From: Camelus ferus
Taxonomy: Eukaryota
DNA length: 64,000 bases
Assembly: GCF_009834535.1 (NCBI RefSeq)
Contig: NC_045696.1
Location: 65,660,001-65,724,000 of the forward strand
Reading direction: 5' to 3'
Under the pieces are notes generated by a model that made no database searches, had not been told where the DNA came from, and saw only the letters and a program-made list of their open reading frames with translations. How positions within the stretch are numbered: the first letter of the stretch is position 1; each line of letters starts with the position of its first letter. A program made the position numbers and the translations under genes. Below are positions 50,060 to 61,950 of this stretch, piece after piece.

Positions 50060-52715
50060 TGCTTTCATCATCTCATGTTTATTAACTTTGGAGAGGTTGA
50101 ACAACATTCAAGCATTTTTAAACTTTAGGGGTAATGCCATTCAAAGAAGCGTTTGATACTTCTACTTTTAGAAGAACCCATTCAGTTATCTTTTAACAAT
50201 TTGCTTTAAAAAGTTTAATTCCCTAAGGATATCTGTCAATGAAATGTAGAAATTGCTAGATATTTTTTGTGTGTATAGCCAGGAATTAACATCCCCTGTT
50301 AAAAAACTGGTTATATAATTAATGCCAGAACTCAGATATCTATATTCACAGTTTGCCCACAGAAGCTTCACACAGGAACAAAGAGAAATAAAAGGTGATA
50401 TATTTCTTTGAAACTAAATGAAAAGTCCCTTCAAGCTGCTGACTTCTCAATAAAGTATAGCTGGATTTAGCAATGTACATCGGACAAATAGATGACATGA
50501 CTCATCATGTTCTTAACAGAAATTATGCCTTAATTTACTGCTACATTAAAAGAATGCCCTATTTTAAACTAGCATACCACTGACTTATTTTCTGCTCTGT
50601 ATAAAGTAGTGGTAAAAGTTACAATGTGAAATAAAATAGTTGTAGGTGGAGAAACCACTTTTCTTCTTTTCTTCATGGAAGTCTTGTTTCGATGTGATGA
50701 GACAAATGCATTACACATTAGAATAGAGTATACATGAATATATTGTGAGTTCTTTAATTACACTGGATGCCATAGGTGTAGTTTTGAATTTAAGAACGTA
50801 AAGAAGATGGGAAATCAATTTGTTTCATTTAACTTTAAATCTCTACCATGAGAACTTGTGAAGCTAAAGTCGGTTTTAATACCTCTTGTCAAAGCACGAA
50901 GCAGCAGCATCCAGTTGGATTAGCAGCTGAGAAATATCCAAAGGGGAGAGAAAGGAAAGGAAGAGCTTCCAAAAAAGAGGACATATTTCTATAATTCATC
51001 AGAAAGTTTGGAAAGCTGGACGAGAAAATGATAACTTAAATAATTCTTCCAAATAGTGGGCCCTGCAGAATATTTGTCTATGTGCCACTGCTAACTTTCG
51101 AATGCAAGTTTATGAAAAACAGACTCGGCTAGCTTTCTCAAAATTCATTTCTCTTTGCTGTGGCCTCTTAATTATTCACTTTCTGTTTCTTCCTAAACTT
51201 AAATTTAAAGATTTTCAGCAGCAACTTCCCCCAAGTGAAGAAGTTATGTCACAAAACCTCTCTGTATTCTAAGTATACATCTTCATTTCTATGTGTGAGT
51301 TAATTTATTCTTTGGATCTTATATGAATTCATTTTTAATTAAGGTCAACAGCTACCCACTTCTCTCCTCTTCTTCTAGTATGAATATAACCTCTCATTAA
51401 CACTCTTACCTTTTAGGCTAAAGTAAACCTACTGGCCAAACTTCTTCCTTCCAAAATATCAGGTCCATTTGACAGTGATTACTGGGGTTTAAAGAAGTAT
51501 TTCCAAAGGATTTTTAAACTTCTGCTAACTTCTGCTAAATCTCTGGTCCAAGGAATAAGTTGTCTTTATGTTTTGAAAGCACATCCAACACACACCTAAA
51601 TTACAACAGCACAGCTTTTACCAAGAACGGAGCTTTCCAGAATATCAAACCTTATGCTTTGATAGGCCAATTGAAAATAATTTGAATCATTTTAAAGAAA
51701 TCATTCTTAAATATATTATATTCTTCACTGCCACAGTATATGAAACAGATTAAATGGATTCTTGGCTGAGTGGTTAACATCAAAAAGACTGCTTATTGCA
51801 ATGCGCTAAAACATACGGTGCTACAGTTGGGTGAACCTAACTGGCCCCAGCTGCTCTGGTGGTTTCCCATTTGGTGATTCTTTGACTTCCTCTACACTTT
51901 CATCTGTTACTTCTGTGTGTAGTTGTTCTCCTCACAATCAGCCATTGCTGCTCATAATTAACTATAAGTTATAATTTAGAGAAATGGAAAGCTGTTATAA
52001 GACACGAGATAGCCAAGCTTGGCAAGTGAGTAATATCCTTCACTTCCTAATTCTAAGTCTGTGTGTTCTGACCTGCAATGTTTCTCAGTTCATTTGCAGA
52101 ATAAAGTTTATGGGCTTCATTACTGCTATTTTTGTCTTGCTCAGAGACCTGTTTTCTCTTATTTCTGGAACTGGGACTGTGTTTCATTTGGTTCAACCTG
52201 ATTGAAATTTGAATATAAGAGAAGCCTAATTTCACAATCATTACCCAAGAGGCTCACAGACAAAGGATAAGAGAGAAGTGAAGGTATTCAAGAGAGAATA
52301 TCCAACATTGTCTTTCCTCGTTTCCCAATAATAAACAAATGGATTATGCCTAAATTTTACAGAAGGAAATCAGTCTTCAGCCACTATTCTTCAACTGCAT
52401 ATATGTAAATGGTAAATGAATATAGAAAGCATTTCACTATATTGTGTTTTTTGATTGTTTCTTAGAAAAGTTAAGTTTTGGGGCCAAGCAACCATTTAAG
52501 AATGATTAAAATATATATTTTTAAAATATCTATGCACTGAAATTATCTGCATAATTTAATTGAAACTATAACAATACTGTGATATGATGAACTGAAGTTC
52601 AAGCTCTGGAAAGGATTACAGAAGTTTTCTTAAAAGTTTAATCAATAAGGAGTACGAAGACCTTCACTGAAGCATCTTCCTTGTTTCTGTGACATTTCAC
52701 CCAAGGAAGTTGAGT
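50060..52715 (-). other. OSTN: OSTN terminal non-coding (3'UTR) exon
   Basis: Minus-strand acceptor 'ctttcatttttgcAG|actcaacttccttgggtgaaatgtcacag' at 52716/52715 resembles the recalled OSTN 3'UTR start. Repeat-poor, AT-rich sequence. Candidate minus-strand AATAAA at 50083-50078 is followed by U/GU-rich sequence. The 3' end is uncertain. Confidence 0.7.
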
Positions 52716-54012
52716 CTGCAAAAATGAAAGTTGAAATTGTTAAAGCTACTGAGAACTCTGTAAATAAGGGGAAATCCATCAACTTCAGGAGAGAAGAGCT
52801 AAAACTAATTACATGAGGTTTCATTGTAGCTTTTATGTAGGTGGTTTTTTTTATTGTAGAGACAATAATGCAATATGATAATTTTGGATCAAAATTCATT
52901 AAAAAAGAGTATTTTTAATGTAACAGCTAGGTGCTGATGCTGAACCCACACTTCCTTTCTTCAGGTACCTCTATTTATTTTGAGTTTTCAATCTTAGAAC
53001 TGAAGCCTATTAAAAATTCAAAACTTTGGCTCAATATATGAATGGTTGGAGGAGGACACTGTATTAAAATCAGATTATCTTTCTTCTCAAAATACCTATG
53101 GGGAAAAGAAATCAGTATTTGTTCCGGAAACTAAGTAAGACACAGCAGCTGCATCTAGACTTGACCTCAAACCAAGAAAAACTTCCATGATTAGTGCCAG
53201 TTTCACTTTCAGTGTGAAGACTTATAGTGAAACCCAGAAGGTGAAAACCCACAAATAAAACTGCTCCAAAAGGGTATTTATTACCTCCTACAGAAGTGAA
53301 ATAAAGATTTTCATAAAATCTGAGATACTGTTTCTGTTTGTTTTAGAAATCGATTAGCAGTGAAGTCAGCATCAAGCAATGACAATTTAGCACCTAGACC
53401 TTACGAATGGTCAGGAAGAAAATGATGACCTAGAAGTCCAGAGAGCGTGGGTCCTAGATCTTGCTCTGTCCGAGAGTTCACAAAATTGGGGACAAATCAG
53501 TGTTCTTTCATTGCCCCAGTGTCCTCACTTTGTTTTTAAAGAAAGATTTAGATTAAATGAGACTTTACATTCTTGAATCTCTAATGATTTAGCTGCATGA
53601 TTATGTGAAAGTTATTTAATGACTCAAGTTATCTATTAAATGATGGACATACTATGCCTCTGTTTAATTCAAAGGAATATTGTGATAACAAGAAATAATA
53701 TACCAAAAAAGAATTTTGAAAAGTTGAAAGGAAGTTAAGAATATGTTTTTATGGCCTTTATAATTTATTTAATATAAAACATGAAATTTCACATGAGGAA
53801 GTCAGAAAGTGTCTGAGAAATCTTGGTGATGGTGGCAGGAAATAGTGAAAAGAAACAATAGTTGAGCAAGTGAGCCCACAATGACTGACAAAAGGGAATT
53901 AGAAAGCACATGACGTGAAGTTCTTTTCTAAGCCTATTCTTTTGTGATATTACTAGCTTGAGATTTTAATAGTAAGGACAGCGACTGTCATGATACTTTT
54001 AAAAGTCTGTTA

Positions 54013-54160
54013 GGGAACTGCATTCACTATCTTGTAATAACCTTTCATGAAAAAGAATATGAATATGAGTATGCGTGTATATATATATGCCTGACAGGGA
54101 CATTGTGCTATACACCAGAAATTTACACATTGTAACTGACTATACTTCAAAAGAAAAAAA
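54013..54160 (+). mobile_element. Short young L1 3' end with TSD in the last OSTN intron
   Basis: 'gggaactgcattcactatcttgtaataacc...ctatacaccagaaatttacacattgtaactgactatacttcaaaa' plus A tail; TSD aaaagtctgtta (54001-54012) and aaaaatctgtta (54161-54172). Confidence 0.85.
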
Positions 54161-55129
54161 AAAAATCTGTTAAGTGAAGGAGATAATATCCTAACTTGGA
54201 TTTCACTCAACAGTGATTCAGGAAACATTAATTGAGCTCCTTTTTCATAATTTAGTAGCTTTCTGGAGTTTTTACTCTCTAAAACTTCATATAAAAGTTT
54301 ATAGGAAAAATGAGTTTCTTGTATGATTTTTTAAAAATCATAACCTGTTTTGGTTGAATTCAGAAATACTAAAATGGTAATAAATACTAGGGTTGCAAAG
54401 GTGGAAGGATACATGTGGAAACCAATTGAAATTAATTATTTTAACTTAGTGACATGATGTTATTAATACAGAAAGAAACTACAGGACGGTGGCCCTGATG
54501 TCAAGGAGATATTTGATTTTTAACAGCGCTTAGTTCCTACTCAGATACAATGCGGTGATCTTTAACAACCCTGAAGAGGGACCATACTTGGTATAGCTCT
54601 AGATATAAGGAGTTCAAGGAGTGTTTTGAAGATGGTGCTATTCAAAAGGCAGTGTTATTGGCTAAGTTCAGTAAGTCCTCCTGTATTTATGGACATTCAG
54701 TAACTTCATCACTTCATTGATCAAAGACTCTACAGAGGAAAAAAAAGACAATTATTTTAACTAAGTCACTCTGAGAATGAGAAAGCTGACACAAAATGCT
54801 GACTTTTCACTGTGGTTTAGAGTATTTGATAAGGAGAAAAAAAATGGCATGATTTAAATTCAAAGAGGGTCAAGGCTCATGTAACGCTTCTGGGGCCTCT
54901 GTATCGTCAGTGTCTGAGGATTATCTTGAGAAAACCAGAAAGCAGAGTTTTCTCTCTGTAGCCTGAAGTTGTTAAAGCAGTTACGGGTTGTCTTATCTGT
55001 CTGGGAGGAAGGTTACATCCTCTGTAAGCCCTACTGGGAGAAAATACATTGCCTAGATTTTACACCCAACAAATATTTAGTGTTTAAAACATATAATATT
55101 TGTGATTACATATATTGTTTAAAATACAG

Positions 55130-55790
55130 GCTAAGGATTTAAGCCTTCTGGAGTTGAATGCTACCTGTATCACTTACTAGCTATGTGGCATTGTGAGATA
55201 ATTATCTAAGCTTTCCACTTACTTGTATAATAAGAATAATAATAATTGAGTACTTAATACATGTCAGGCACTATTCTAAGTGTTTAATGTATATGAACTC
55301 ATTTGTCCTCAGGACAATGCAATGTGGTAAAAATTATTATTATCCTCATTTCATGAAAGGGAGTTTCAAAATTTAAGCAAGTTGCCACAGCTGACAGATA
55401 GATGACCTGGAATTTGACCCACAAAGCCTGATCTACTTTTACCCTTATAATGTACTACTTCTTAATGATACTGAAATAGTAATAGTTTTTACTTTATGGA
55501 ACACGAGGACTAAATGAAACAATGTATGTATAGCACTAAGTTTTGGGGTCAGCACAGAGTGAATTTTCAGGACTGTAATATAAGGTATTATCACTTGTGT
55601 GTCCAATACATCCTAGGACTAGTACAAGCATCTAGTTTAATCCTCACAAAACCTTTATGTTATCATTTAAATGTACAAGCTACAAAGAAATAAGGTGCCT
55701 TGATGGGAACAAGATAATGAATGTCAGAACCAGGATTTGAATTACGTGTCCTGATTCCATGGCGAATACTCTTTCTTCTACATCATTCTC
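55130..55790. mobile_element. Cluster of MIR fragments
   Basis: 'cacttactagctatgtggca', 'tgtcaggcactattctaagtgttta...aactcattt', 'tttaatcctcacaaaacc', 'gaaccaggatttgaa'. Confidence 0.6.
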
Positions 55791-56230
55791 TTTCCTATGT
55801 TCCATGGTACGATATTCTAGTAATGTAGTTATTGGCAACAAAATGATATGTGTCACTAGGATGTGTCTTCTTCATGATAGAAGTATGGTTATGCGTGAAT
55901 GTATATTTATGAAGGTGATTTATTATTAATTAGAATTGCAATCTTTTTTGGGTATTAATATTCAATAATTATATAGGAATCTGTGAGAATTCTTAAGTCT
56001 TTTTATTAGGGTGAAGTAGATCTAAGATATTGTTTTTTTAAATATCATTTAAATTATTTAGCATCAATATACTGATTGACTACAGAAATGTTTGAAATAG
56101 AGAATTCATAAGCTAAGAAATCAAAAGGGGGACTTATGAACCAAGATGGGTCAATTGGCCCATTGTGAGATGTTAATCAAAGCCTGCATGGATTGTCACT
56201 TCTTCAAATTGTACTCACGATTGCAATCCT

Positions 56231-56315
56231 TTAGCCTCTGGAATTTGAAAGTCGGTTTCTGCCAATCCGATCCACGGGGATACCAAATCGCCTTTTTGGA
56301 TTATCTACTACTTTC
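56231..56315 (-). CDS. OSTN: OSTN (osteocrin/musclin) last coding exon; full exon 56315-56219 including 12 nt of 3'UTR
   Basis: Minus strand: 'gtttttAG' acceptor, then g aaa gta gta gat aat cca aaa agg cga ttt ggt atc ccc gtg gat cgg att ggc aga aac cga ctt tca aat tcc aga ggc TAA aggattgcaatc, then GTGAGT donor. Reads (R)[27 protein letters not shown], matching the recalled osteocrin C-terminus in the expected position next to UTS2B. Upstream exons not found in the window. Confidence 0.96.
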
Positions 56316-56700
56316 CTAAAAACGAACCAAAAATAACATTTTTAAGCTAAATTCCAAGTCATCAATCGTCACTTTCACACTTTTAATTCATATAGATCTA
56401 GCGGCTTTCTACCGGGGTTGAAATAACCGTGAGAGCTTTCATTCATTGGCACCCGCTCTGTGTTAGACACTAGCTCATATCTTTTCAGCGTCTGTTGAAG
56501 TAGGTCTGACTACCTCTGTTTTCTTCTAAGGATACCAAAGCTTAGAGAAATTAAATAACTTATCCAATATCAAGTCGCCTAGGTGAAAAGCCAGGTCTTA
56601 CCGGCATACCAACTTGCTGAGTGTTTCGTTTGGGTAAGTCCTTTTCCCTTTTTAAGATTTTGGTGTATTCCTCTGTTAACTGAGGAAGGTTACACTAGGT

Positions 56701-56938
56701 CAGTGGTTTTCCCAACCCCTTTCTCAGAATGGTTCTTCTTTGGAAGGGCGGTGGTGGGGGAGGGAAGCACTGATGCCAAGACTGAGTGTGGACTAAGTGG
56801 GCCTCTCGCGTCTTCGCTCAGATTTTACCCAGAGGAGCTTCGTCTGTCTGTGATGGTCTACGTTTGTTATACAAGCTCTGCGTCAAATATTGCTTGGGAA
56901 AAAATATTTCATTATTAAAATAAAGTTTAAAAAATTCC
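56701..56938 (+). mobile_element. MER103-like hAT DNA transposon
   Basis: Starts 'cagtggttttcccaac'; internal 'cccagaggagctt'; ends 'taaaataaagtttaaaaaa'. Confidence 0.5.
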
Positions 56939-58614
56939 TTCAGGAGGCCTTACGCTTTGTATATTCCATAAATTATTTCTTTCAAAAGAAACATTTTAGC
57001 TTGATTTGTGGTTGTCATCACTTGGTGCTAAGAAATTTAGCAGGAAAGGTCCCAGAACTTTGAGTGCATAATGTTCACTGACCTTGGAATTAAAAGAAGT
57101 TATCAGTCGTCTTAGTAAAGATAGAAACTGAAAGAAGCTAAAAAGCCTGTGTTAGTGACTTGTCTCACAGCTGATGGCAGTTGACTTACAGATTTGTTAG
57201 GCTATTTATTGGTATAATATACATGCAAAAAGAGGATAAATATTTTATAACTGAATATTATTATATATGTACAGATTACAAGCACAATAAGGACCCAAAA
57301 TCAAGCACAGAACACTACCAGCAGTTAAATACTTCTGGAATAGGAAAGAGTCTTAAAGGTTATTCTCCCACCAAATATTAGAATTTCTGCTTCAATTTTT
57401 GACCAGCTCATCACTTGAAAATCTCAGTGACGAAGGGCTAATCACCTTATAAGACAACCTTAGTCAATATTCAACAGCTTAAATAGTTAAACAAGGTTTG
57501 TTTCAGAACATTTTCAGCAGCTTCTTTAGTTTTTTCTACTTACTTCTTTTATATTGTCAATATATACTACATGATTTAAACACTAAAAATGAATGAAAAC
57601 TACAATATCTATGATTTTTTTATAGTATCATTTACTATGTAACTACTATGTATAAATTTCCTTTTGTGGTCATCTTGGGATCAATACGTCAGAAATAGTC
57701 TTTGCTTTCAAAAACCTGTAAGTAAGTACTGTAATATTGGCAATGATTTTATAAAAATAGTAGAAGGAAAAATCCTCTCATTTTTCTTGATGCCAGGTTT
57801 TTAACTTAAGGCAAAATTTTTCAATTTTTCTCATATCACTATTAGGTAAATAATTTATTTTAAAAACTCTGAAAAGAATAAAGAACAATGAAAATGAGAG
57901 GTTTTTATTACTGTATCTTGCATATAGAAAGTTTTGTAAATGTTGTTTAATTCTAATTAAAACAATTAATTTGAAGCCAATTAATATTTATCTAATGCTT
58001 TCAATATGCTAAGTACTGTACTTAGTGCTGTGTATAGAAGGATGATAAAAAATAGGCATTGAACCTGATGGGGAGCTTACCCTCAAGTGATATTATAGAA
58101 ATAGAGTCATATTATTTTTTTTTAATATAATGTAGCCTTCTTTTCTGCTGATTCACATCGGTCTTCCTTTCTAGGTTGGCCCTTAGTTTTGCTAGTCAGT
58201 GCAGATAGCATTGTATACATGATCTTATAAGACTGTCTCTTAGACAGCAGTTTGATTAACAGGGGAAAATTTGGGGAAAAAATACTTAGTACTTATCCTT
58301 AACCTATCCATATTCTACTCTTCAAATTTCTGAAAAACACACCCTCTTAAGTGGTGCCTATTGTTTGCACTTCTGGATTTCATGATAAATTAACTACATA
58401 TTTTTCAATTTGATAATCAACTGGGAAATATCTGTAAAATTAGCCCAAAATTAATTGTCAAGAGAAATAGGAAACCATGCACATGAATTGTGCTTTAGGT
58501 CTTCTGATGTAATTATAAATAACGACTGTTGAAAAAATGTCTTCTTTATATTTTTAAATTATTTTTATTCACATAAGTAAATTTATAGACTCTTTACTTA
58601 AGCAGTTGTTTTCC

Positions 58615-59292
58615 TGTGGTCACAGTAATGGTCCCCCCCCACCTCTGCTGCTGTAAAGGATGTCTGTGTCACAATCCACAGAATCTGTAAATATGTCACC
58701 TTGCTTAGCAAAAGGGACTTTGCAGATGGGATTAATACAAACCTTGAGATGAGAAGATTATCCAAGATTATCTGGAAGGCCCTGCCTAGTCCTTAGAAGT
58801 GGAGGACGACTGAAGAAGAGTGGGTCAGAGAGCTGCAGTCTGAGAACTTAACCCACCAGGTTGCTGGTCTGGAAGGTGCAGGAAAGAGCCACAAACCAAG
58901 GAACGCTGTGGCCTCTGGTTGTTCTCAAAAGAAAATGAGGACCTCTGTCCTATAACCAAAAGGAACGGAATTCTGCCAACAACTTAAATGAGCAGGAAAT
59001 AAATTCTCTCCTAGAGCCTCCAAGACGGGGCACAGCCCACCAACCCCCTGACTTCCTCTGTGCCTTGCTGGTAGACCAGCTGAAAGAGAGAGCCCAGAGC
59101 AGCACACAGAGGAGCCTTAGGGGCCACCCACTGGTTGGCAATCAGTCATGTCAGTGTTGGCCAGAACGATATGTGGTGACCGGTGAGGATATACTGGACT
59201 TCTGACCTACACAACTGTAAGATAATCAGTTTGTGTTGTTGTCAGTCCAGAAGTTTGTGATAATTTATTACCATAGCAATAAAAAAATACAT
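58615..59292 (+). mobile_element. MaLR LTR (MLT1D/E-like)
   Basis: 'ctgtaaatatgtcaccttgcttagcaaaagggactttgcagatg...ccttgagatgagaagattatcc' through 'gacttctgacctacacaactgtaagataatcagtttgtgttgtt...catagcaat'. Confidence 0.8.
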
Positions 59293-60489
59293 ATATATAT
59301 TTGTATGATTTAGGGCTGATGTTTAAGTGTAATGTAGCTAATACCCCCCCCCCCCCAAATTAAACTGATGGGATTTTTATTCCTTGAAACCTTAAATTCC
59401 TTCACGGACTACTCCCATTATAAGTCTAGGGAAGGGGTAAGGTGGAAGCTGCCTGAGGATGGAGAATAGTGCTCAAGGAAAGTCCCAGACAAACAGGAAG
59501 AGGAAGTGAGAAACCAGCCCTTCCAGATGTTTAAAGGACTGGTGAGAAGAGGAAGGACTTGGTAGCTGGGAAAAAAGTCGTGCCCCATATGTGAGCTGAC
59601 CTCCCAAAGCATCTGCAGAATGGAGGGCGCCACAAAAAATAATCCTTTCACTTTTTTAAAGAGGAGGGTGATAGTCCCATACATCATTATAAATTAGAAC
59701 AGAATATTTATTGGTCCATACTACCAATGTATTTTTTTCAAAAGTGACTGTAAAATAAATGAAAATAACATTTTTTTCATTACTACAATTAATCTACTTT
59801 TCCTGCTCAAGTAAATGAGAGGGAGCTGTGGTATGGTGAAAAACAAAACTAACCCCTTCTTTTTTCTTCCTTCTTCCCTGATTCCCTGTTCTTTCCTTTC
59901 CTTTTTTTCCCCCAGATTTGATAAAAAAAAGTATTAGAAACCAGGAGATGGTTGACTTTGATTCTATTTATTTCTCCTACTTATCAAAAAACAACAATAG
60001 CTCAGTAAGTTAAATACTTTTTATATAGTTTCCATCTATTCAGAAGCCAAATGGCAAAACAGTATTTAACATTTCTTGCTGATACGAAACGTATGTAACA
60101 GTAATATATTCTACAACACATACCCTGACACAGTATGTAAAACATAAATGTTAACATAGAAAAATACTCTTAAGACCAAGAGGGAAAACTGTACTTTCTG
60201 ACTATCTAGTCCCTCTTGTGACAAAATAACGGTATAACACGGCTTACATAATGTATCCATTTAAAACAATCCACCTTTTCCTTTCTACAACATTCTGAAA
60301 GTAGTTTAAGGATACAGAATGTCTATCAAAGTAATATAAGGAAGATGGATGATTGTAAATATAACTTTGAACTTCACGCTAAAATATAGACTTCTTGAGC
60401 CAAATAAGATTTTCTTTCAAATTTATATTCTTTGATAATTCAGTTTCTAAAGGTGTTTGACAATCTAAAAAACTATCAGAAAACTTGGA

Positions 60490-61950
60490 TTTAAACTTTT
60501 TGTATAGAATCACCTCACACAGACAAGAGTCTATAAATTTATCTGTGTGCAGTTGAAAAAATAAAATGAACATCCCTATTGGTAGCACCAAGTTAAGAAA
60601 TAAAGTATCACCAGTGCTTTAGAAGTCCTCAGTGTTCCTCCTCCCAAATTGACTCCCTCTCATGGCTTACTCCCAGATGTAATCTGTAAGATGAATTTTG
60701 ATCCAATAGCTCCCTTGGTTTTTCTTTATAATCCTTATGTATTCTTGGTTAGTTTAGATGATCCTAGAATTTTATTTGGAAGAAGTTATGTGTGAATTCT
60801 TTGACTTTTTTTCAGCAAATATTATGTGTTTTGAGATTTGTCCATGTTGACATGTGTAGATGCAGTTCTTTTATTTTATTTATGTTGTAAAGTAATTCAC
60901 TGTGTGAACATACAATGGCTCATTACTGTGTTTTACTGTGAAAGGGAATTTGAGGCATTTCCTTTTTGTTATTATTCTTACGTACTGTTCAGCTAAAACA
61001 TTTCTTACACATGTCTGTAATGCACGTTTAAGGATTCCTCTCTGGTATACTTTTAGAAGTAAGTTGCTCACTCTGCCTATAATTCATTTTATTACCTAGT
61101 GCCAGACTCTTTTCCAAAGTTGTTATATCCATTTACACATCCAGAGCAGTGTGTGACAGTTCTTATTGTTTCAAATCTATGCTAACTTGTGCATTGTGGG
61201 CCTTTAATTTTGCCAGACTAATGCATTTGTTATTGTATCTCATTGTGGTCTTAGTTTGCTCTCTACAAATACTAATGAAGTTGCACATCTTTTCCTTCGA
61301 TTATTGGCCACTTAGGTTTCTGCTTTTGGAAGTACCTGTTTAAGTCTGTTGTCTGTTTTTCTATTGGTTTGTTTTTCTTTTAAATATTGATTTGTAGGAG
61401 TGTTTCTTATACTCTGAGTATTAGACTTTGTCAGTTATAAGCAAATATATTTTCCCATTTATGGTTAATCTTTTTTATTGTGTCTTTTATGAAAATCTTT
61501 AATGTTGTCTTAAAATTTATCAACATTTTTACTTTTTGTTTATTAAATCATCTCTATAATGTTATAAAAATATTCTTTCATGTTGTCCTAAAATCTTTTT
61601 GAAGTTTTGCCTTTCACATTTACATTTTTAATCCTTTTGAAGTTATTTTTTATTTATGGGGTGACATAGTGGTCATGTTCCTTTCTTCCATTTTTCTCTA
61701 TATCTGTAGCTAATTATTCATAAATTTTAGATTCAGCTTGTCAAGTTTCATGGAAAATCCTTTCACAATTTTACCTGGAATTGTATTGAAGTTAAGGTAT
61801 AAATAAATTTGGAGAAAATTGAAATCTTTATAATACTGAACCCTGCCATCCAAGATCAGTTATTAAGTTATCTTTAATGTTTTCTTATTTTTTTTATAAT
61901 TTTCTCCATAAAGATCTGTAATTTTTTGGATTTGTTGTTTTTTTAAGTGA
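60490..61950 (-). mobile_element. Old L1 (L1ME-type) 3' fragment
   Basis: 'ttttccaaagttgttatatccatttacacatcc', 'gtatctcattgtggtcttagtttgc', 'ggaattgtattgaagtta...aaatttggagaaaattgaaatcttta'. Confidence 0.75.

Noticed and set aside
56146..56163. 18-bp near-palindrome atgggtcaattggcccat
   Set aside because: A single short imperfect palindrome is expected by chance in 64 kb, and it has no supporting context.
56137..56500. Initially suspected foreign, viral or shuffled insert because of its high CpG content
   Set aside because: Minus-strand translation shows it contains the genuine OSTN exon with canonical splice sites.
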